Source: Octopus sinensis (taxonomy: Eukaryota). From it: a stretch of 64,000 bases of DNA. Location: positions 146,630,001 through 146,694,000 of the forward strand of contig NC_042998.1 of assembly GCF_006345805.1 (NCBI RefSeq). Direction: 5' to 3'. A program made the translations under genes and the position numbers. Within the stretch, counting starts at the first letter, position 1. Each line of letters opens with the position of its first letter. The notes beneath the pieces are model-generated. The model was not told the origin of the DNA, ran no database searches, and saw only the letters and a program-made list of their open reading frames with translations. Positions 39,701-50,418 of this stretch are shown one piece after another.

Positions 39701-41041
39701 TATAACCACACTACACCTACATATTCATATTTTGTATTTTATGTTAGTTGAAGAGGTGAAACAAAAAGTAAATAAACAGTTTGTGAAAGAAAATTTACTC
39801 AATAAATTTGTATAATATACAAAAATGTTCTCAATAAAAATGTGTATAAAAATGTGCTCAATAAATTTGTATAATATATGCAAAATTAGTATTTGGAATA
39901 AATGTTATGCAATGGAGTTCCTACCTAGACTCTCATTTTAATCATAATAAATAACTTGCTGTACAATGATAAACATGTGTTAATGCCCCTCCAACCTTCA
40001 TTCCATCAAATCAATTACTTCAAGATTCAGTTATCTCTCCCATACTCTTCTACATTAACAACTAACCAGCTGCCATGTGCACAGATTGGCCTTGCCTACA
40101 TTTCTAAATCTTCTGCAAGCAGATCATGTATATATACACAACCTCTAAACACTTCAACACCCATTGCTAGACATGTACATTATCTATGAACAGGAATCTT
40201 TTATAAAAAACACACACACATTTTACAATAATAATGATTTAACAGTTTGATACATCACCAACATCAGACATCTTAAGAAAACAAACTAACCTTACAAAAT
40301 CATTGCTAGTCATTAATGACATGCAGCTAAAACAATTTACTCTTTATCTCTACCTGTATTTTTCCTCCAACCACCAACTTGCAAGATCTCACAGTTAACG
40401 ATAATATAGCCCAAAGTCCATATCTTTCAGTCTGAGAAAGTTTTTGACATTTCTCTCCAACCTCTGACCGAAATCAAAATAAAAATGATTCCAGGACAGT
40501 AGCTTGATGAATATGTAACAATTTTAACAACCAAAAATATTGGAAAAATATACCAATCAAAAAGAATACAATGGGAGGAAGATAAATATTATATATATTA
40601 TAGAACATAAATTTATAAGGCTATAAGTGCTAATGTACTAGTATATAATGCTTTGCCAATGAGGCCTAGATAAAAGCAAAACATGTTCAGAGCTGTCTCC
40701 CATATTTTATAAAGAATTGAAAATAAAGTTAGTTGTTCACTAATATTGGATTTTTTGCATCACTATTATTTCTAGCTGATCCTGTAAAGATACCGGCATT
40801 AAATGTTATTTGTTCTCTAGACAGTTATATTTTCCTATGTATATTTATTTATTTAGTGATTCTTTCATCACCACTTCAACAAGTATGGTGTAAGTTAAGT
40901 TTTGTGCATGTGGTCATAATAATACCAAAACATATCTAAAAAAATATCAAATTAAAAAAAAATTAACATTCACAAAAATAATTAGAATTTTCAGAAGATG
41001 ATTAAAATGCATCAAAGATATTTAAAATACCAAATACAAAC

Positions 41042-41213
41042 CTTTGTCGCCAGTTCCGTCTTACACAATTTTGGTGTTTGCGATCACGTTGCTTTCTTCT
41101 AAGACTCTCTTGAAAACGTTTCATTTTAACCCACTTTCTACCAGCTGTATCAAATGTACACCAAATACACACTACAACACTTAACATGATGCCCCAATTG
41201 CAAATTATAACAC
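41042..41213 (-). CDS. DAGLA: Internal coding exon of a diacylglycerol lipase (DAGL-alpha/inaE-like): TM4 plus cytosolic basic linker
   Basis: Acceptor ttttcag|GT at 41213 and donor CAAAG|gtttgt at 41042. 172 bp, phase 1 to phase 2. Encodes (G)VIICNWGIMLSVVVCIWCTFDTAGRKWVKMKRFQESLRRKQRDRKHQNCVRRNWRQ(R), which resembles the DAGL-alpha pattern VVCNW..LSV.....C.FD..GR..VK and the inaE motif RNWRQR as I recall them. Confidence 0.88.
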
Positions 41214-42033
41214 CTGAAAACAAACAAAAATATGAATTTAAATTTTATTCAAATGAAACTTCATTAAAAAAATCAGACAAACTTAAGAAGTAATTATTTT
41301 ATTTTGTTCTCTATATTAGTGTTGGTTAGACCAGTTTAATGATTACTGTCTGTATTTATATGTCTAGGGGATATAATGAAACATTTTTCTAAACATATTC
41401 ATGTTCTGTTGCTTATAGTTCTTTCTATGTTTTCATAGAACATCTACCTTAGTCACACTTACTTTCCACTACTCACACACACAACATTTATTTCTCAATT
41501 AAATATGTTACAGTCTAGTCTATAACATTACCAGACTAAATAATAAAATAAAATAATTCAGTCATCTCTGCTGTAATGTAAAATTGTATGAAACCTTGGT
41601 ATAAAATATAAAGGAAATACTTTCCTAATAACAACCATTCATGTCTAAAATGTGATGGAGAACATATTTTTAAGGCAGACACAAGCTTACTGGTGATTTC
41701 AGTTAAAAATAATGTATTGTTTATGTACATTATTAACTATGTTATTTTTTTGAAGGGGGTAGGTGCAGTATGGCTGAATGTTTGAGAATTTTGCTTTCAC
41801 AATCAAGTTCAATCTTACAATGGAACATCTTAAACAAATGTTATTGGGGTGACCCAAATCTTATGAGTGAAATTGGATAAATGGAATATGTATAGAAGCC
41901 TGTCAGAAACAGCCTTTTCACACACACTGTGTCATGTTGATTCTACCTGAAAGTTACATTAAGGGTACACATGTTTGAGGATGTTTAGCCATTGACACAT
42001 TAATTCAGTTGATTAAACAACTGGATCATTCTC

Positions 42034-42264
42034 CATTATTTACATTTGACGGATATTTGTCCTCATCTTGTTTGTTGTTAACACATTTCGACTGATATAT
42101 CCTCGAGCCTTCATGAGGTGTCTTGGGGAAATTTCAAACCTGGGTTCTAATTCCTAAGGTAGTTTTCGATGTTATTATTATTTCTCAACAAACAAGATGA
42201 GGACAAATATCTATCAATTGTAAATAATGTAAATAATTCCTCATATCTTAAATATAGAACTGTA
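42034..42264. mobile_element. Further copy of hammerhead family H1, again as an inverted pair
   Basis: 42034-42181 matches the 1141-1290 arm; 42187-42264 matches 1520-1597. Minus-strand motif at 42080-42122: gacac CTCATGA a ggctc...cagtc GAAA tgtgtt. Confidence 0.8.
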
Positions 42265-42892
42265 TGGAACATTCTCATCAAACAACAGAGCTTCTCCATT
42301 ATTTTTGGATGTGAGACCCTAAAATTCATTTGTAATTTAGTGCATAAATTACCAAATCCAGGATAAAACATGCCCACAAAGGAGTCTCTGAATAGTTACA
42401 CAACCTGCTAAAAATAGAAGCCAAATCTTCTTCAAATCCTACCTACTATCTTAAAAAGAAATACACTGGATAATACAGTCCTAGATGCACTATACCTAAA
42501 GAAAAAGCCAAGATAGTCACAGCAGAATGCTTATGAAGAGAGGTCTGCTCAACCAGGGCTGACTTGGAAGGTAAACAATAACATAGGACAAAAAAACAAA
42601 CAAACAATGCAATTGTCTTGAAGTTAGAAGAAAGGACAAGGTTTTAGAATTTAATTAAAACAGGATTAAATATAATTTTGCTTTAAATATGGTTTTTGTA
42701 AAGAGAAATAATAGGTCAACTGCAAAGATAAATGCAACTCATAAAAAACTAAGATTCTGGTTTAAAGGAGCAATGCTACTGTAAATGTTTCATCTGAGAT
42801 GATACATTAATTTGTTGGAATTGGAGTTGGACACAACAATTTTTGATATATTAAAGAACTGCAAAAGGACTATAATTAATGTACTGGGATTC

Positions 42893-43327
42893 ATGACTGT
42901 GAGTAAGAAGTTTGCTTCCTAACTAAATGGTTTCAGGTTCAGTCTCACAGCATGGCATCTTGGGCAAGTGTCTTCTATGTCTTCTACTATAGCTCTGGTC
43001 TGACCAAACCCTTGTGAGTGGATTTGGTAGAGAGAAACTGAAAGAAGTTTGTTGTATGTGTGTGTGTGTGTGTAAGTATATGTGGGTCTGTAGGTGTCAC
43101 TCTCCCCTTGGGTTGACATTGCATGATAGTTGTAAACAAGTGTCACCACTGTGCAATCTTCCATGAAAACATGTCTAGACATGGGGAAATTTTACCTCAG
43201 TTGGAAACAGGTGAGGGTTGGCAACACAGAGGGCATCAAACCATACAAAATCTGCATCAATGAGCCATGCAAACAATAAAATGGACATTGAAACTATTAT
43301 GATGATGATGATGATGATGAAGAAGAT
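42893..43327 (+). mobile_element. Family B SINE head with an RTE-type tail
   Basis: Same architecture as 34335-34723; ends atggacattgaaactattatgatgatgat. Confidence 0.7.
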
Positions 43328-44829
43328 GAATTCATATGCTAGTGGCAATGAAGAGCATGAAATCTTCAATGCAAGTAAATTACAGAAGTGGATATTTGTT
43401 TGGTACTAGCATGCAAGTGATTTGAGTGTGTATTTTTATACATGAATGCCATATTTACCACTTACTGTTCATATAATTGGCTGTGATACCTGTATTCAGC
43501 TAAGCAAACCGAGGCAAGTAATAAAATATATTTTGTCAAGGTAAACCATGACAGTTGAAATGCAGTGTTCAGTATTAATTTATTGCAATAGTCTTGTATC
43601 TCAACCATGTGCTTCTTGTAAGCATACATTGTCAATATTGCTTATTATTCTTGTTTAGTCTTGATGCTAAAGTTATCACTTCCCACCAATGTCATACTTA
43701 AAATATAATCATTACTATCATTATCATCAACTTAATCTGTTGGATTACTTTCTTTCCAAACTTGCACAACTTCTATCTAGTTATTTATTACATACTTCCC
43801 TGATTTAATCATTCTTTGACTGCATTTTTTGCTTGGTCTAACTATTAGGAGACTGTATCAACTTATGGTGGAATTTTGGGCAAAAATCATTATACTGTTA
43901 TGCTTCTGCAACTGGGTGTGTCTTGTGGCTGAATAAACACAACTTTTGGAAATGTATTTGTCTGGCAAGTGATTTGATCTTAGAATGTGTGTTGAAACTA
44001 AAACTGCTCCAGCAAGGAAGATACATTTCAACCATTCAAAAACAAATAAAATAAACATTTATTATTTGGTATCAACATTTTCATCACACTAACTTCAATC
44101 TGGTCACAGACAGTTTCATTACAACTGGTTTGGAGCAAGGCTGTTGGTCAGTTTATCTAGGCTTCAGGGATTATAAATATAATTTTTTCTCATCTATATT
44201 GGTCAGTCATTTTGGTTGTCACTGCCTGGTGCTCATACCTGGTCAGTTAACTTGACATTTGGATGTAATTTATATACCTCTCTTCCTTGATAATAATTTG
44301 CATGTTTGCAAGTGAGTATCCCATTCAATTACATTCATCCTCAGATATTATATTCATCCTCAAAGTTAATTGGTTCTCATTTAAGGCTCTATGCATATTA
44401 AGAAATCCATATTTTCAAAAACATAGAAGTTAATGCTATAATATGAATGAAATGAAGTTCATTTTAGAAAAGAAAGAACATTATTATTGAAAGACTATAA
44501 GAAATAAAGTGGTTGATTCATAAATATTTGCTAAGGAGAAAGTCAAATATGTACAAGATTTCTGAGTGACATTTCAGCAAAGAAAATTTCCTTTATACAT
44601 ATTTTGGCATGAAAATATAAGATTCTTCAAAATACCATTTAGTCAAAAATAATTTCATATATAATGAAGTTTCCAATTTATAAGAGAAAGTAGACAGGTA
44701 ATTGAGATGTAAATGTCAGGATATAAAGTATATTGCAATATAAGTAAAATTGCTCTGACTGGAATAGAATACTGAATCATGAAAATCTATTCCTAAAATC
44801 ATCAATAGTCCTGAAGTAATCTCTTTGTC

Positions 44830-45390
44830 CTCAAACAAAGCCAAGTTAAGAACTTTGCATCAAATTCCATGCTGGAAGCCTTTAACCATTCTTTGTCAGA
44901 ATCTTCCATTCAACCTAACTGTTGTATTTCTGACTTTAGAATATCATTCAGAGAAGTTTCTGAACTTATAAATGATATTGATCCATCAAAAGCTATTGGC
45001 CCAGATCAAACCCCAGTCATTTGAAAACTCTTTCTTCTGACATCTCCCCAATTCTAGTGATGTTGTTCAAGATTTGTTGCAAAGAGATTTTCTTTGTTCA
45101 TGGAAGAAGTCTGTAGATTACTCAGTTTTAAAAAGCTCTGGTGGACATTCCTTCCCATCTCAACATACACCAATTAGTCTATCAAGCACCAATAGTTAAG
45201 TTGTTTGAATCTATCATTAACAAGCTCATCATTAGCCAATTTCTTTATTAACAAACAGTATAAAGTCAGATCCACTTCTAACAAATGGTTACTACTCATA
45301 GGCTAAGTAAGGCACTGGATAGCAGCTTTGATACTTTTGTTATTGTTTTAAATATCTGCAAATCATTTAACAAGGTATAGCACATCACAG
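44830..45390 (+). mobile_element. Degenerate LINE RT fragment (L2/Jockey/CR1 group)
   Basis: DPSKAIGPDQ, WKKS, HTPISL, KLFESIINK, LNICKSFNKV*H (compare LDISKAFDKVWH). Confidence 0.6.
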
Positions 45391-46449
45391 GGGTCAAAAG
45401 TTAGAGGCTAACTGCTATTTGATAGAGCATTATAAAAAGAATTGAGAAAGTAACTAATGTGAATTTCTTTGGGGAAATAAATACATAAGTATATCAATGA
45501 AAGAATAATTTGGGTAAAACTTTAGTGCAATGTTATTACTTATTAACAACAACCTCATCCTAATACCCCTATGAAAAGTAGGGTGAGGCCATAGTTAATC
45601 CTACAACTTAAATGGTCTGCTAATATTTGAAAACAAAGGCATTGTTCAGGTCTGTTAAATATATCAATAAAATACAAGACAAATAAAAACAAAACATAAA
45701 AATATTTAAGGAATGAATTGTCTAAGGGGCCTTACCTAATGAATGGGCAATGAATAATACCTACGGTTATGGATATATTATTTTTTTTTTATATATCTGA
45801 GATATATATCAAATCTACAAGCCTGAATGAGAAAAATAAAGGATGAAGCAATGAATGAAAAAATTAACAATACTGGACTCTATTGGAGGGAGGTAGCCGA
45901 TTAGTACATTATCATATTAAAATGCAGAGAGAAATTGTGTACTAAAGTAAGATTTAGGAAATGTTATTCCATTATGGATAGATCTAAGTTATACTTTCAA
46001 ATTTGCAAGTAATTGTCTGTAATAGAAAAGCAAAGGTGAAAATGAAAGAATGAAAATGTATTCAGACTGATAGACCACAATTGAAGGGGTAACTGTGTAT
46101 TGTATTCCCATTTTGGGATATAGAAATATATTTAGATACTTAAAATAAGGTTGAGGCTAATTTCAATTATAGAGAAAGTATAAGTTTGTGAAGTTATAAA
46201 ATTGAAAACTTATAGAATTAATTACAATTACAATGGGAGTTATTCTGGCTAAGTTGGAGGTGAAGGGATAGAAATATAGGGTATACAGTCATAGGTGTAT
46301 TTGAATACACCTTGATACACAAATACTAATAGGTATATGGATTAAGACTCATGGGTAATTTTTTAAAAATAAGTGCTTAAAAATAAATGAGTGCTTAAAA
46401 TAAATGCTTAGAAATATATGGAGTAAAATCCCAAGGAAAAACTGGTGTA

Positions 46450-46486
<37 letters not shown>

Positions 46487-46490
<4 letters not shown>

Positions 46491-49400
46491 TCATCATCAT
46501 CATCGTTTAACGTCCGTTGTCCATGCTAGCATGGGTTGGACGGTTCGACCGAGGATCTGGGAAGCTAGAAGGCTGCACCAGGCTCCAGTCTTATCTGGCA
46601 GTGTTTCTACAGCTGGATGCCCTTCCTAACGCCAACCACTCCGTGAGTGTAGTGGGTGCTTTTTACGTGCCACCTGCACAGGTGCCAGGCGAGGCTGGCA
46701 ACGGCCACGGTCGGATTGGTGTATTTTATGTGCCACCGGCACGGAAGCCAGACGAGGCGGAGCTGGCATCGGCCACGAGTCGGATAGTGCTTTTTACGCA
46801 ACGAGTCGGATAGTGCTTTTTACGTACCACCAGACCAGGGATCCTGGCTGGTTCAATTCGATTTCGATTTCACTTGCCCCAACATGTCTTCGCAAGCAAG
46901 GGGGTTGGCATGGGTGCCTGTCGTACGGTCAGATTGGTGTATTTTACGTGCCACCGGCCCGGAAGCCAGTGGAGGCGGCGCTGGCATAGGCCACGAGTCG
47001 GATAGTGCTTTTTACGTACCACCAGACCAGGGATCTTGGCTGGTTCAATTCGATTTCGATTTCGCTTGCCCCAACATGTCTTCGCAAGCAAAGGGGGTTG
47101 GCATGGGTGCCTGTCGTCGGATGAGGTTCTATATCGACTTCGCTTGCCTCAACAGGTCTTTGTGTCCAAGGGAGGAAAGGCATTCATAAGTGGGCTGGGC
47201 TCACTTGTCCTGCCTGGTCTTCTCACGTACAGAATATTTCCAAAGGTCTCGGTCGCTGGTCATTTCCTCAGTGAGGCCTAAAGTTCGAAGGTCGTGCTTC
47301 ACCACCTCGTCCCAGGTTTTCCTGGGTCTACCTCTTCCACGGGTTCCCTCAACTGCTAAGGATTGGCACTTTCTCACACACCTATCTTCATCCATTCTCG
47401 CCACATGACCATACCAGCGCAATCGTCTCTCTTGCACACCACAACTGATGCCTCTTAGGTACAACATTTCTCTCAAGGTGCTAACGCTCTGTCGAGTATG
47501 TACACTGACATTACACATCCATCGGAGCATACTGGCTTCATTCCTCACGAGCTTACGCATGTCCTCGGCAGTCACGGCCCATGTTTCACTGCCATGTAGC
47601 ATGGCTGTTCGTACACATGCATCATACAGTCTGCCTTTTACTCTGAGCGAGAGGCCTTTAGTCACCAGCAGAGGTAAGAGCTCCCTAAACTTTGCCCAGG
47701 CTATTCTTATTCTAGCAGTTACACTTTCAGCGCACCCACCCCCACTACTGACTTGGTCACCTAGATAACGGAAGCTATCAACTACTTCTAGTTTTTCCCC
47801 TTGGAAAGTGACGGAAGTTATTTTCTGCAGATTTTCGGAGGTTAATACTCCTGAGCATCTGCCACATACAAAAACTATCTTCCCAGTTAGCCTACCTTTG
47901 ACATTGCTGCACCTCTTATGTGTCCATAGCTTACACTGGGTACATCTTATAGAGTTTCTACCTACACCTTTTCTACAGATCGAGCAGGGCCATCTTCCTG
48001 AAGACATTTGTGGATTGTCTACCTTCCTACTTATTAGTACTTTGGTTTTAGCTAGGTTGACTCTAAGGCCCCTCGATTCTAAACCCTCCTTCCACACCTG
48101 GAACTTCTCCTCCAGCTCTGATAGTGACTCAGCAATAAGAGCAAGGTCGTCAGCGTAGAGGAGCTCCCAGGGACAACCTGTCTTGAATTCCTCCATAATT
48201 GCCTGGAGGACTATGATAAATAGGAGGGGGCTGAGTACTGAACCCTGGTGGACCCCAACCTCTACTTTGAATTTTTCTGTGTACATGTTGCCAACCCTAA
48301 CTTTACTTACGGCATCTCTGTACATGGCTTGCACAGTCCTCACCAGCCATTCATCTATCCCTAGTTTCCTCATTGACCACCAGATAAGGGATCGGGGGAC
48401 CCTATCAAAAGCTTTCTCCATGTCAACAAAAGCCAGGTACAGGGGCTTATCTTTGGCTAGGTATTTCTCCTGCAGCTGCCTTACCAGGAATATAGCATCA
48501 GTGGTACTTTTCCCTGGCACGAACCCAAACTGCATCTCATCTAAACTAACTCTCTCTCTAATTAGTTGGGCTATGACCCTCTCCGTAACCTTCATTACTT
48601 GATCCAACAGCTTGATACCTCTGTAATTATTTGTATCTAGGGCATCACCTTTACCTTTGTAGCAGTTGACTAGTATGCTGCTACACCAATCATTGGGTAT
48701 GACTCCTTCGTGTATCACCTGGTTGACTATACGGGTGACTAGGTTATAGCCGACACCGCCAGATATTTTGAGCATCTCTGCAGTAATTCCTGATGGGCCT
48801 GGGGCTTTCCCTGTCTTCATGCTTCTAATTGCCTTAGCTACCACGGAACTATCAACTCGGATAGCTGGTCCCTCTGTTGGGTCAACATTCGGCAGATTCT
48901 CTTTATCCCATTCATTTTCTTTATTCCGCAACCTTTCATAGTGGCATCTCCAAACCTTTCTCTTTGCATCCTCATTTAGCGCAAGTGAACCATCATCCAT
49001 GCGAACACACTTCTCTCCTACCACATCACGATTCTCTCTCACACACTGTCTTGCAACACGAAATACCTCAAGTCTTTCATCCTCATGGCTCAGAACATTG
49101 GCAAATTTTTTCTTATCCACTTCCCCTCTGGCTAAATAAACCTGTCTCCTAGCTTCCCTTCTGGCTGTCTGATACAATTCCCTGCTACCACCGTTCCTCC
49201 AGTCCTTCCAAGCCTGTCTCTTTTGTCTTATAGCCCTGTTGACCACAGAGTTCCACCACCATGTTACTCTGGGTCGAGATGGTACTTTGCTCCATCCACA
49301 GATCTGGTCAGTGGCTGTCAGCAGATTGTCCCGTAGAAATCTCCGGTTGCCTTCCACATTAAGTGAAGCTATATCCCCTTCTATTTTGTCAAAGGCTTCG

Positions 49401-49546
49401 AGTAGTATGTCTCTAAATCTCTGTCCATTTGCAGGATCTTTAAGCTTCCAGACCCTTCTCCTCCAAGCAGGTCTTCTTCTGGGCAACCATTTAGCTCTGA
49501 TCCTGAAGTCGCTAACTACTAATCTATGTTGAGGAGTACATTCTTC
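46487..49546 (-). mobile_element. Young 5'-truncated RTE-clade LINE
   Basis: Open ORF, modular 3' UTR and (GAT)n tail; flanked by (TA)n at 46453-46488 and 49547-49562. Confidence 0.97.
47201..49546 (-). CDS. RTE LINE ORF (end of AP endonuclease, RT, PHD-like insertion, C terminus), 5'-truncated
   Basis: Stop-free from the truncation point (EECTPQHRLVVSDF) to the stop at 47201. RT motifs YRGIKLL, DMEKAFDRV, QGSVLSP, YADD, FRYLG. Confidence 0.93.
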   Translation of the reverse strand, partial: EECTPQHRLVVSDFRIRAKWLPRRRPAWRRRVWKLKDPANGQRFRDILLEAFDKIEGDIASLNVEGNRRFLRDNLLTATDQICGWSKVPSRPRVTWWWNSVVNRAIRQKRQAWKDWRNGGSRELYQTARREARRQVYLARGEVDKKKFANVLSHEDERLEVFRVARQCVRENRDVVGEKCVRMDDGSLALNEDAKRKVWRCHYERLRNKENEWDKENLPNVDPTEGPAIRVDSSVVAKAIRSMKTGKAPGPSGITAEMLKISGGVGYNLVTRIVNQVIHEGVIPNDWCSSILVNCYKGKGDALDTNNYRGIKLLDQVMKVTERVIAQLIRERVSLDEMQFGFVPGKSTTDAIFLVRQLQEKYLAKDKPLYLAFVDMEKAFDRVPRSLIWWSMRKLGIDEWLVRTVQAMYRDAVSKVRVGNMYTEKFKVEVGVHQGSVLSPLLFIIVLQAIMEEFKTGCPWELLYADDLALIAESLSELEEKFQVWKEGLESRGLRVNLAKTKVLISRKVDNPQMSSGRWPCSICRKGVGRNSIRCTQCKLWTHKRCSNVKGRLTGKIVFVCGRCSGVLTSENLQKITSVTFQGEKLEVVDSFRYLGDQVSSGGGCAESVTARIRIAWAKFRELLPLLVTKGLSLRVKGRLYDACVRTAMLHGSETWAVTAEDMRKLVRNEASMLRWMCNVSVHTRQSVSTLREMLYLRGISCGVQERRLRWYGHVARMDEDRCVRKCQSLAVEGTRGRGRPRKTWDEVVKHDLRTLGLTEEMTSDRDLWKYSVREKTRQDK

Positions 49547-49999
49547 ATATATATATATATATTAGTAAGGTGTATATTTATTTATAAAGAAAATAATATA
49601 TAAGGTATAAAGAGAATGTTGTCTTACACATAAATTAGTAAAGAATGGCAATCAATATATAGAGGAAATTACTCCTGCAAGTGACCTTGGAATTAACGTT
49701 TTTACCATTCCTTACTATCCTTATTGTGTTATTATTTTATTTTATCATTTTACCTTACCTCCTCACATATTGGGACTCAGTCACTCTCCAGCCCTTGTCC
49801 AATGTTTGTTCAACCTTTGTAAAATCCCTGTATATTACTGGCATGATGTAGAAAACTTGGCAGATTGGGCAACCCCATAGTAGAAACAGCCATAAGAGCT
49901 TGTTAGTTTTTCACTCATTTATTCTTATTCATTTCTTTATTTTTATTTATCTATTTATTTGCTTATTTCATTTGTATATTTTGATTACTTATACATATA

Positions 50000-50217
50000 C
50001 TCTCTTTACTCTTTTACTTGTTTCAGTCATTTGACTGTAGCCATGCTGGAGCACCGCCTTTAGTCGAGCAAATCGACCCCAGGACTTATTCTTTGTAAGC
50101 CAGTACTTATTACATCAGTCCATTTCTGCTGAACCGCTAAGTTACGGGGACGTAAACACACCGGCATTGGTTGTCAAGCGATGTTGGGGGACATACACAG
50201 ACACACAAACACATACA

Positions 50218-50256
<39 letters not shown>

Positions 50257-50418
50257 GACAGGCTTCTTTCAGTTTCCGTCTACCAAATCCACTCACAAGG
50301 CTTTGGCCAGCCCGAGGCTATAGTAGATGACACTTGCCCAAGATGCCACGCAGTTGGACTGAACCCAGAGCCATGTGGTTGGTAAGCAAGCTACTTACCA
50401 CACAGCCACTCCTGCACC
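50000..50418 (-). mobile_element. Full-length family B SINE
   Basis: Reverse complement of the 30813-31194 architecture, with an internal (TA)n. Confidence 0.9.

Noticed and set aside
40354-40463. Exon-like segment on the minus strand (polypyrimidine-CAG acceptor, CAG|gtagag donor) 580 bp past the DAGL donor
   Set aside because: It gives a premature stop in the DAGL frame and has no DAGL similarity. Exons 41042 and 12550 already join in frame. A poison exon cannot be excluded without RNA-seq.
47448-49532. Several plus-strand ORFs opposite the RTE ORF (also 24803-26324)
   Set aside because: Antisense shadows of the LINE ORF; no recognisable motifs.
23801-49546. Both long RTE copies are sense to the host gene, against the usual antisense bias
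   Set aside because: n=2, and the short tails occur in both orientations; not significant.
49763-49829. Possible small minus-strand exon ending GAG|gtaagg
   Set aside because: Weak acceptor, and no frame resembles the expected DAGL TM3 exon.
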